Assembly (NCBI GenBank): GCA_963831935.1
Contig: CAWHSH010000002.1
Coordinates: 10,307-74,306, forward strand
DNA from: an uncultured Bacteroidales bacterium
GTDB taxonomy: Bacteria > Bacteroidota > Bacteroidia > Bacteroidales > VadinHA17
Length of the DNA stretch: 64,000 bases
Direction of reading: 5' to 3'
The position numbers and the translations under genes are program-made. Below, in pieces: positions 46,529 through 56,453 of this stretch. The stretch's first letter is position 1, and every line of letters begins with the position of its first letter. The notes beneath the pieces are model-generated. The model made no database searches, was not told the origin of the DNA, and saw nothing but the letters and a program-made list of their open reading frames with translations.

Positions 46529-47488
46529 TTAATTCTCATACTCCATTGTGATCTTTGAGCCGTATTTTTTATCAGCCAGTTTGAATGCTTCGGTGATAAC
46601 GCTCATGCGGCCTCCGTTTTTCAGGAAGTTCAGGCATGCTTCAATTTTCGGAGCCATGCTTCCCTTAGCGAAATGACCTTCGTTCAGGTATTTTAGGGTA
46701 TCTGCGTAATTGAGAAACTCTTTAATTTCCTGATCCGGTCTTTTATAATTTATATATATATAAGGGACATCCGTAAGGATATAAAACTCCTCTGCTCCTA
46801 TAAGGGAAGCTAACAGCGAGGAAGCAAGGTCCTTGTCTATTACAACTTCAGCAGGCCTGACATCTTTTTTTTCGTCGATATATACAGGGACACCTCCGCC
46901 TCCGGCAGCTATGACAATATTCCCATTCTTAGCCAGATCACGGATTATAGAAAAATTCATAATATCTACAGGTGCAGGAGATGGAACAACACGTCTGAAT
47001 CCATAATCAGTCTTAACCTCTTCCCTGAAAATCCATCCTTTTTTAGCAGAGAGAGCATCGGCTTCCTCCTTTGTGTAGATCTTTCCTATCCTTTTCTGGG
47101 GGTCATTGAAAGCCGGGTCATTTTTATTGACAATGACCTGAGTAACTATGCAGATCACATTCCTGCTGATACCATGTTTGTTAAGCACATTTCTGAACAT
47201 ACGTTCGATCATATAACCAATGCCTCCCTGCGAGTCGGCCACGCAAATATCAACCGGCATCTGCGCGATATTATACATTTGCTCACCGGCATCGTTTCTC
47301 ATCAGAATGTTCCCTACCTGCGGACCGTTTCCATGAGTAATAACCAGATCATATCCTTCATTTATAAGAAAGACAAGGTTTTCGAGAGTCTGTGTGGTGT
47401 TTTCCTCCTGCTCATCAATAGTTCCCGTCTGGTCACCCCGGAGAAGCGCGTTTCCGCCTAATGCAACTACTGCAAGTTTCTTTCCCAT
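46529..47488 (-). CDS. arcC: Carbamate kinase
   Basis: VALGGNAL, THGNGPQVG, RRVVPSP, GGGGVPV, VIDKD, GSMAPK; promoter TAGCTTTG at 47565-47572 (minus). Confidence 0.95.
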   Translation of the reverse strand: MGKKLAVVALGGNALLRGDQTGTIDEQEENTTQTLENLVFLINEGYDLVITHGNGPQVGNILMRNDAGEQMYNIAQMPVDICVADSQGGIGYMIERMFRNVLNKHGISRNVICIVTQVIVNKNDPAFNDPQKRIGKIYTKEEADALSAKKGWIFREEVKTDYGFRRVVPSPAPVDIMNFSIIRDLAKNGNIVIAAGGGGVPVYIDEKKDVRPAEVVIDKDLASSLLASLIGAEEFYILTDVPYIYINYKRPDQEIKEFLNYADTLKYLNEGHFAKGSMAPKIEACLNFLKNGGRMSVITEAFKLADKKYGSKITMEYEN

Positions 47489-47724
47489 AACAAACTGTAA
47501 TTTTATTATTATTTCATTGAATCAAAATAATAAATGACTTGTGAAAATCCGGTATCTTTAAACGCAAAGCTATAAATTTGTGAATTTTGGAGATGCAGAT
47601 TTATTTGAAATCAGGTCAGAAAAAATATATGTTAAAGAGCATATTTTAGCTACTTAATGCATAATTATCAGGTACCTGATACAATTTTAAAAAAATAATT
47701 ACATTTACGTCGTCAACTTAATTC

Positions 47725-48417
47725 ATGGTCGTGAGGTCGGGTAGCATCTTCCTTTTTACAACTTTTTTCTTATTGACAAACTACTCCTGCAGGGAAAAAG
47801 GAGGCAGGCCTATAAAGGAGGGTGAGATCCATTATGACGTTCAATATGAAGGTCATGTTACTATGCTGCCAAAAGAGCTTATGCCTAAAAACCTTATCGT
47901 TGCCTTCAAAAATGATAAGATTGTCTATGAACTGATATCTCCTCTTGGCAATTCAGGTATAATCAATTTGTCAAATCCTTCAAAAGAGATACATGATACA
48001 TATCTCAGCATGTTCACTATAAGATATTATTATGCTTCAAAACCAGGTGAACTCTATCCCGGATTTGAAGCCATGAATGGCATTGAAATCAAAAAGACAA
48101 CCAAAACTGCAAGGATATGCGGCTTCAACTGCAAAAATGCAGAGGTCACATTCCCCTTTGACCGTTCGAAAATCTACCACATCTGGTACACAAATGAAAT
48201 ACCTGTAAAAGACCCGAATGCATCTACTCCCTTTTGCCAGATTGATGGAGTTCTTATGAGCTTCTTCTTTTTTATTGGTCGTTCCGAATTTCATTTTTTA
48301 GCTCAGAATGTCTATAAAAAAGAGATTCCCGATAAGATGTTTGAAAGAAAGGAGAAGTTCAAGATGGTATCAAAGAAAGATATTAATAAGTTTATCAATA
48401 AAATGGTAAGCCTATAA
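47725..48417 (+). CDS. Putative lipoprotein, GLPGLI/DUF4412-like
   Basis: Signal ending LTNYSC; EGEIHY, ICGFNCKNAEV, IWYTNEI, IPDKMF. Confidence 0.55.
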   Translation: MVVRSGSIFLFTTFFLLTNYSCREKGGRPIKEGEIHYDVQYEGHVTMLPKELMPKNLIVAFKNDKIVYELISPLGNSGIINLSNPSKEIHDTYLSMFTIRYYYASKPGELYPGFEAMNGIEIKKTTKTARICGFNCKNAEVTFPFDRSKIYHIWYTNEIPVKDPNASTPFCQIDGVLMSFFFFIGRSEFHFLAQNVYKKEIPDKMFERKEKFKMVSKKDINKFINKMVSL

Positions 48418-48419
48418 GT

Positions 48420-48466
48420 GGCATGGGCAGGGCACTGGGCACTGGGCACTGGGCACAGGGCGCAGG
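48420..48466 (+). repeat. G-rich 7-nt tandem repeat (GGGCACT)n
   Basis: gggcact x3, gggcaca, gggcgca immediately after the stop codon. Confidence 0.85.
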
Positions 48467-48545
48467 ACAAGGAGAGATTTGGATATTATGACTGGATCGA
48501 GGGAAATTGGGTCTTATTTGTCTGAAATCGGTTTTAATTCTTGAT

Positions 48546-48575
48546 TCCCCCTTCGAAGGGGGATAGGGGGATGTT
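48546..48575. repeat. Single CCCCCT-type palindrome with G-rich tail
   Basis: Perfect 18-bp palindrome tcccccttcgaaggggga followed by tagggggatgtt. Confidence 0.8.
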
Positions 48576-48697
48576 TCTATTGATCAACAATCCAATCATT
48601 TAATCGCAAAGTGCATTCACTCCCGTTACGTGTTTCTCAAAATTATTACCTTTGGAGTGCTTTTAATGCCAACTTCAGGAGGAATTATTGATTTGAA

Positions 48698-51128
48698 ATG
48701 AAGAAAGAAAAAGAAGTAAACGGGAAAAAGACAACAAAGCCAAAGGCAAAATCCAAGTCTTTCTTTACGGACGAAAGAATAAAGTTTGCTATTGGGATAT
48801 TGATCACAGGTTTTGCATTATATCTGCTTCTTGCTTGTGTTGCTTATCTCTTCTGGTGGAAAACCGACCTAAGCTTATCCGATTCGCAGGTAATTTCCGG
48901 TGCAGACGTGAATGTTAAGAACTGGTCAGGGAAAAGCGGTCACTTCCTTGCTAAAATGATCATAGGCCTGGGCTTTGGATATGGCGCTTTTTTTATTCCG
49001 CTTATTATTGGCTCGATCGGGTTGTACTTTCTGAATTTTCCAAAAATCAATCTTTGGAAGGTCGTGACGAAATTCACTTTTGCTGCAATCATTATTTCCC
49101 TGATTCTCGGATTCATTTTTGGCGAAGCTGACGGTTACCTCGGAAGCGGACCAGGTGGTGCTCAGGGATTTAAAATAACAGAATGGCTGAATTCGTTTGC
49201 GGGGAAAATAGGTACCGGTATAATATTGACTTTTATTACAGTTTCATATCTGATATTTGCTTTAAAATTCAAGCCAGAAACTTTTACCAGCAAGATCCCC
49301 TCTTCTATAAAAAACGTGATACCCGGGATTAAACCGAACGGTTCACCGGTGTCTGGTTTCAATGATAGGCACGACGAAGCCATAAAGAGTGAGGAAGTGG
49401 AGATGCCTGATGATCAGGATGAAGAGGACGATGAGGAGGTTGAATTTGTTGTAAAACGTCCGACTCTTGAAGATGACGGTCAGGTAGATTTCCGGTTATG
49501 GTTCAATAATTCATGAAGTTGACAGGGATGGAGTTGGATTACCTGTGGGAAACAGTGTTCCGATCAATATTAAAAAGCCTGAAGCCACTGATATAATGCC
49601 TGATCATGAGGTGGAAAAGTTCAGGGAGAATTATGATCCTCGTCTCGACCTGTCAAAATACCGGTTCCCGCCGGTTTCGATACTCACCGACCATAAATCA
49701 GATACCAGTTTTGATGATGCAGAGGTCCTCGAGAACAAGGAAAATATAGTTAAAACCCTGGGAGATCATAAAATAAGCATTAAGCACATTACTGCAACGG
49801 TGGGCCCCACAGTAACCCTTTATGAAATTGTACCGGAACGAGGTGTTCGACTTGCCCGTATTAAATCGCTTGAAAATGATATAGCACTGAACCTTTCTGC
49901 TTTGGGGATCAGGATTATAGCCCCTATCCCGGGAAGAGGAACAGTTGGAATAGAAGTCCCTAACAAAAATCCTCAGGTTGTTTCCATGAAATCGCTGATC
50001 ACATCCAAGGCCTTTCAGGAAACAAAATTTGATCTTGCACTTGGACTTGGACGTACGATCACAAACGATCCGTATATTGTTGATCTTACAAAAATGCCCC
50101 ATCTCCTTGTTGCAGGAGCAACGGGCCAGGGTAAATCGGTTGGAATCAATGCAATAATAACCTCACTTCTCTACAAGAAACATCCCTCAGAAGTTAAATT
50201 TGTACTTATCGACCCAAAACGTGTGGAATTGCCCTTATATGCCAAGATAGAACGTCACTTTCTGGCAAAACTTCCGGGGGAAGAAGATGCAATAATTACT
50301 GACACTCAGAAGGTTATCAATACTCTTAATTCCCTGTGCATTGAAATGGATAACCGTCTTGAACTTCTCAAGGATGCTCAGTCACGCAACATCAAAGAGT
50401 ATAATGAGAAGTTTATAGCAAGGAGACTCAATCCGGAAAAGGGTCACAGATACCTGCCATATATAATTCTTATCATCGACGAGTTTGCTGATCTCATCAT
50501 GACTGCGGGAAGGGAGATAGAACCACCAATAGGCAGGCTTGCCCAGCTTGCAAGAGCAACGGGTATACACCTTATTATTTCGACCCAGAGACCATCTACC
50601 AACATTATAACCGGCTTTATCAAGGCCAATTTCCCGACAAGGATCGCGTTCAGGGTATTCTCGTCAATTGATTCAAGGACGATTATTGATGCGACAGGCG
50701 CTGACAGGCTGGTTGGGAGGGGTGATATGCTGGTATCGACAGGTGCTGAGCCTGTAAGGGTGCAATGTGCATTTATCGATACTCCGGAAATAGAAGAACT
50801 GACAGAGTATATTGGTTCCCAACAGGGTTACCCCGATGCTATGCACCTTCCGGAATATATTGATGACAGCGAAATCGGATTACAGGAAGTTGATCTCCGA
50901 AAAAGAGATCCAATGTTTGAAGACGCTGCCCGTCTTGTTGTACAGCATCAGCAGGGTTCAACATCCCTGATCCAGAGAAAGCTTTCAATAGGCTACAACA
51001 GGGCCGGGAGAATAATCGACCAGCTTGAGGCTGCCGGTATCGTCGGACCATTTGAAGGAAGCAAGGCAAGGGATGTTCTTTGTTCAGATTATTCACGTTT
51101 GGAACAGATTTTGAAGGATCTGGAATAA
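48698..51128 (+). CDS. ftsK: DNA translocase FtsK; frameshift near 49490-49545
   Basis: 4TM N-domain; GATGQGKS, IDPKRVEL, IIDEFADL, TQRPS, gamma domain SLIQRKLSIGYNRAGR; promoter TACCTTTG at 48647. Confidence 0.95.
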
Positions 51129-51138
51129 AAGGAACTTA

Positions 51139-51775
51139 ATGAGACATATTCTTGCAACTTTTTTCTTCTTTTCCATATCCCTGGCCGCTTTCACACAGAA
51201 GGATGCTCAGGCTGTAAAAATCCTTGACAGGTTTTCTTCACTTGCACTCGGAGCTCCTTCTGTTTCAATGAAATTCACAATTAAAACTGTTGATCAGGTG
51301 GAAGGTACGGACAAAAGTATCTCCGGGTCAATAATTCTGAGCCAGGGACAAGTACAGGCTTGATCTGACCGATAACATTGTCTGGTATAATGGTGAAACC
51401 TCATGGAGTTATCTTCCTGCTGAAAAAGAGGTGACAATTTCAAAACCTTCGAAGAATGACGATTCATTTCAGGCACGACCTTCAGCAGTTTTTTCAATTT
51501 ACAAAAAAGGATATAAGGCAAGACTTCTTGATGAGAAGTCCGATTCTTACCTTATTGATCTTTATCCGGAAGATATCAACAGCGATCATATCAGGATAAG
51601 GCTTAGTATCGGGAAACCCTCTTTCGATCTGAAAAGCCTTGAATACAAATATAAAAACGGAGTAACAGTTACCTTGAGTGTCAGCGAATACGACCTCAGA
51701 CAAAAACCCGATAATTCAGTATTTGTTTTTTCTCCCGAAAAATACAAAGGTGTTGAAATTGTTGATATGCGTTAA
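51139..51775 (+). CDS. lolA: Outer-membrane lipoprotein carrier LolA-like; indel near 51343
   Basis: Signal peptide, WYNGETSWSY..EVTIS, VFVFSPEKYKGVEIVDMR; conserved ftsK-lolA order. Confidence 0.8.
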
Positions 51776-53902
51776 TCCCGTGCTCGTTCCCTTTCCGGAT
51801 AAGCTATTCTTGCGTGATAAATATTTGAAAGCCGTTTGACAAATACGCTTTTAATATCCGAAATATCCTTGAATGTAAGCGGCGTTTCCGAAAACTGTCC
51901 GTCCTGTTCCTGAATGTAGATAATTCTTTCAACAAGCTCACTTATGTTTTCCTCCGAGTAATTTGCCAGAGTTCTTGAGGAAGCTTCGACAGCATCGGCC
52001 ATCATTACGATGGCCGTTTCTTTCGAGTTTGGTTTTGGTCCCGAATAAGCAAAGTTCTTTTCCATGTCGGTACCTTTCGGGTTCTTATCAAGAAATTTCT
52101 TATAAAAATAATATGCCACTGAGGTGCCATGATGTGTCTGAATGAAATCAATTATCAGGGAAGGTAGTTTGTATTTTTTGGCAAGTTCCACTCCTTCCCT
52201 GACATGGTCGATAATGATCTCTGAGCTTTTTAGGGGATCAAGCTGATCGTGAGGACTGAATCCTTCTGCATGATTTTCAATAAAGAATTCGGATTTGGCA
52301 ATTTTACCGATATCATGATAGAGAGCTCCTGTCCGTGCAAGAAGATTATTCGCGCCGATTTCCCTGGCAGCTTCTTCTGCAAGGTTAGCTACCTGGAGGG
52401 AATGCTGGAATGAGCCGGGTGCCTCCTCGGCCAGCTTCCTCAGCAAGGGCTGGTTTGTATCGGAAAGTTCAAAAAGAGTGGCATCAGACAGAAATCTGAA
52501 AGTTTTTTCAAAAACAAAGATCAGGGGATAACTTAATAGAAGAAATACTCCATTCCCCGCAAACCATAAGTAATTCTTCCATTTCATATCAGGGAGGCTG
52601 CCTTCCTGCAACAGGCCAATTCCGAAATAAACAACAGAATAGGTCAGGAAGACCATTAATGCAGCGAAAAACAGCTTCGCACGCCTGTATACATTTGTAA
52701 GGGAAAAAATAACTATCACACCGACAATATAACTCACGAAAACGAATTCGAACGAATTAGGAACTATAAAACCGGCAAGCATGATGGATACCAGGTAAAC
52801 AAACAGGGCCAGTCTTGAATCATAGAATGTCCTTACAACAATTGGTATTATTGCGTATGGTATGAGAAATACAATATCCCCAGGTAAATTGATAACCAGC
52901 CGTGTTAATGAGGTAAACAGCAGGATAACCAGTATTATAAAGAATGTCTTGTGAGTTGAACTCAATACATCAAAACGGAAATTGTACAGAAAGAGATAAA
53001 GGGCAAGGTAACAGGCAGTTACAAGGATAAATCTTCCAAGCAGAATAAGCCATCTATCAGTCTTGCCGAGTCGTTTCTCATATTCATTTCTCAGTGACTC
53101 GAGAACATTGAATTTCGCATCGTTCACTATCTCACCACGCGAAATTATCAGTTCACCTTTCTGAACCAGTCCGCGATTTACACTTATTTCACTGATCAGT
53201 TTATCCCTGACTGTTAATGAAGTAGCTGCATCATAGAAAAGATTTGGTTTAATAAAATCATATAATGCAACACTGGATACAAAATCGCTTACAGATCTGC
53301 CCGAGATGGTGGCATGTTTTTTCTGCAATTCCTCTTTTTTCACTTTTGCGAATTCATAGGCAGTCCTTTTGCGAAAAGAGCGAGTTAAAAGGCTTTTGTT
53401 CTGCGATCTTACCTTTAACAACAGTAATTTCTCTGTATAATTTATCGGGCGAAGTTGTTATTTCATTGGCTTCGAGCACCCCCCTCTGGTAGATCTCAGA
53501 AAGTATGGAATTCAATTCTCTTTTGGCCGAAATAAAACCCATGGGATCAATCTTTCGTGATCCCGATTCAAATTCCTGTAGTAATTTGTTCAGGTATTTA
53601 TCAAACTCGAGTATCTCTATTGTTTCAACGTCGGAGTCATACTTGAAGTAAGGGGAAAAGTTCTTTAATATGCTGTCGCGTTCCTTTGTGATAATTTCTT
53701 CTGATTTAAGCACCGGAAAATCCCATGGTGCAATCAAAGCGGAGCTCAGCCATGGTTTACCTTTCTGGAATTCGTACCTGAATTTTCCCCCGCGCGGCGA
53801 TATTGCAACTATAATCAGAATACTCGCTGCGAAAAGAATAAGGTGATAGAGATACTTTTTGTTTGTCTTGATCTCCGGAGGACGTCTTTTTGATCCAGCC
53901 AT
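51772..53902 (-). CDS. 7TM-HD (HDIG) phosphohydrolase, PgpH-like; frameshift near 53360
   Basis: GKPW..LIAPWDFP extracellular domain, seven TM helices, APGSFQHS, LYHDIGK, THHGT, MMADAVEA. Confidence 0.88.
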
Positions 53903-53989
53903 TATCTTAAGTATTAGATATACCTGATAATCAAAGGCAAAAATAGGGAAAATTTTAACAATTGAATTAAGGTTTTGACTAATAATGCA

Positions 53990-54086
53990 CTCTGCGACCT
54001 CTGTGACTACTCTGTGGAACTCCGTGAAAGCTCTTTTTAATAATAGCACTGAGATCCACAGAGAAGACACAGAGAAACACAGAGAG
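53990..54086. repeat. CTCTGTG/CACAGAG long inverted repeat between divergent promoters
   Basis: Four CTCTGYG-type units, a 20-nt AT-rich loop, four CACAGAG-type units; flanked by TATTTTTG (53938-53945, minus) and TAATTTTG (54115-54122, plus). Confidence 0.85.
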
Positions 54087-54137
54087 GATTTTATATTAAC
54101 TTGTTTTTAATTCGTAATTTTGAAGGAAAATATCAAG

Positions 54138-54905
54138 ATGGAAGCATTTATATGTGAGAATGTTTTTGTTCCGTTACGGTCGGGACCTTCACATAAGTCA
54201 GAAATGCTCAGCCAGGTCCTGTTTGGCGAGAAATACATAATTATTGGTCAGGCAGGCCATTGGTACAAGATTGAAACGATATTTGACCACTATATGGGAT
54301 GGGTAGATATCAACCATCTTCAGCAATCAGAAGAGGGTGGCGGATTGACCGGCCGGGTTCTGAACAGGTCGCTGCTGTGTTTTAAAAATGATAAGACACG
54401 ACTTGTCCTGGAAGCAGGATGCGAAGTCTATAATCCTGATTTTGAAAATAAAGTTTTTTCTGCCGGTGAAAATGTTTACGGCACATGTTCTGAATTCAGC
54501 GAATCTTATGTTACCATCAGTGAATCGATTGCAGATACAGCCATGAGGTTTATCAACAGCCCCTACATATGGGGTGGCCGGATACCATCGGGGATTGATT
54601 GTTCAGGATTTGTACAGCTTGTCTACAAAATCCATGGCGTAGAGATTCCGCGCGATTCCTGGCAGCAGGCAGCTACCGGAGAAAGCATCAACTTTATTGA
54701 AGAGGCCATTCCCGGTGATCTAGTATTTTTTGATAATGACATGGGAAAGATATCCCATGTTGGTATGATCCTTTCAAAGGGACTCGTGATTCATGCGTCG
54801 GGCAGAGTGAGGATCGATACGATTGATCATCAGGGGATTTACAAGAATGAGATCAAAGGATACTCGCATAAGCTCAGGACAATCAGGCGAATTTTAAATA
54901 AGTAA
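54138..54905 (+). CDS. NlpC/P60 (C40) peptidase with N-terminal SH3-like domain
   Basis: SEMLSQVLFGE, PYIWGG..GIDCSG, PRDSWQQ, SHVG, IHASG. Confidence 0.9.
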   Translation: MEAFICENVFVPLRSGPSHKSEMLSQVLFGEKYIIIGQAGHWYKIETIFDHYMGWVDINHLQQSEEGGGLTGRVLNRSLLCFKNDKTRLVLEAGCEVYNPDFENKVFSAGENVYGTCSEFSESYVTISESIADTAMRFINSPYIWGGRIPSGIDCSGFVQLVYKIHGVEIPRDSWQQAATGESINFIEEAIPGDLVFFDNDMGKISHVGMILSKGLVIHASGRVRIDTIDHQGIYKNEIKGYSHKLRTIRRILNK

Positions 54906-54935
54906 AAAAGGCTGTTCTTTCGAAACAGCCTTTTT
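54904..54935. terminator. Bidirectional intrinsic terminator
   Basis: aaaaaaggctgtt-ctttcga-aacagccttttt between convergent genes. Confidence 0.85.
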
Positions 54936-54956
54936 ATTAAGGTAAGTTTTTCAAAA

Positions 54957-56434
54957 CTATTGGTTAGGAGTCATCAGCTTATTCAGGCTAAGTTCGTTTG
55001 CAGGTATGGGCCAGATATAGCCAACACTGCTTGATGGGATTTCAGGAATAACCCCCATGCCTCCACCATCTTTGGGAGGGAAAGGCAGACTCAGCCTCAT
55101 CAGGTCCATAGTCCGGATACCTTCACCCAGAAACTCCATATCTCTCTCGAGCAGAATTGCTGTATAGAAATCAGTTGCAGCTGCAAAGCTTGCCGGAGTG
55201 TAGGCGCCAGTGGCAAATGACCGGATCCTGACAGCATTGAGCAGGTCAATTGCTTCCTGGGTAACGGCTCCTCCGGCTCTTACAAGAGCTTCCGCACGAT
55301 TAAGCAGAACTTCTGCATATCTCATGACAGGACAATAATTGGTAAGAGTTGTAAAATCAGGAAATTTTGTCAGGAAATAGTTGCCATCCGAAAGATAAAG
55401 GCTGGTTTTCCTCACATCGGTGGCGTCCATTGTGGCATAAACTGATCCCGGAGTCAGGTTCAGATAATATGATTCTGACGATGAATAGGAATAATAATGG
55501 GGAAGTCCGTTCTGAGTGCCTGGCCCGTCTGTGGTTGTCATTGGCATTGAAAAAATTGATTCCTTTGAAGTATAAGGTGTTTCAAAAATACTCGTAAACG
55601 AAGGATTCAATGCAAAAGCAACTCCTGAGGGAGCGGTAAACGGTTCTGTTGCTGAAACTATCTTTGCTGATTCGGATACAACTTTTGCCCAGTCCTGCAT
55701 ATTAAGGTATACCCTCGTTTTCATAGCAATGATCGTATTCTTATGAACTCTTGTTGTATTCAAAAGATCATCGTCATAATCGGAAATTGCAAGTGGTTCA
55801 GCATCATTCAGATCTTTTAGTATCTGCGTATACACTTCAGTAACTGTGCTTCTTGCAAGGTCATTGCCTTCAGCTGATTTCTGAGCTATCAATCTGAGAG
55901 GTACCCCTGGATTAGCTCCGGAACCCTGGTTATAGGGTTTGGCATAAAGCTGAAGAAGATCGAAATAGCAAATTGCCCGGAGGGCAAGTGCTTCACTCCT
56001 GAATTGATCATATTCCGTCTGCTGATATTTTACCATCAAGGACTCCACCATCCCATGCGGCTACCAGACCATCATAGAAATACGTTTATTGAATTAACTG
56101 CAGCATAAACAGCTCCCCAGCAGTTCTGTACCTCATTGGTAGAACTGACTTCGGAATGGTTCCATGAAGCGAAATTGGTAACAAGGTTAGAGCTTTTGGG
56201 AATGAAGTTATCGGCCCGCACATCATCGTAGACAAAGAACCTGCCACCAAGAAAAGCACCGGCCTTCATTCTTGCATACATTCCATTAACCTGGGCTATC
56301 TACCCGGTCTTTTGTATCAAATACCGACAGATCCGAGAGTGAGGTCTGAGGAACCGGATCTGAGAAACTCCTTGGAGCATCCGATTGTCAGTAAGCAGTA
56401 CAAATGCTATTGTAATTTTAAATATATTTTTCAT
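54957..56434 (-). CDS. RagB/SusD outer-membrane lipoprotein; frameshifts
   Basis: Lipoprotein signal (..TIGCS), SEALALRAICYFDL, MRYAEVLLNRAEA, LERDMEFLGEG, WPIP..NQ. Confidence 0.9.
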
Positions 56435-56453
56435 ATCTCTTTCTGTTAATTAG

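Noticed and set aside
47657-47672. ArgR-box-like tgcataattatca upstream of arcC
   Set aside because: One base short of the consensus, single copy, in AT-rich sequence
41282-53902. c-di-AMP system (YbbR/CdaR-like plus PgpH-like genes) as a novelty
   Set aside because: Both are common, unlinked Bacteroidota housekeeping genes and no diadenylate cyclase is in the window
53903-54070. N-terminal extension of the HD protein ORF, and ORF 45229..45459
   Set aside because: These frames run through palindromic repeat elements; the HD gene has a better ATG at 53902 downstream of a TAnnTTTG promoter
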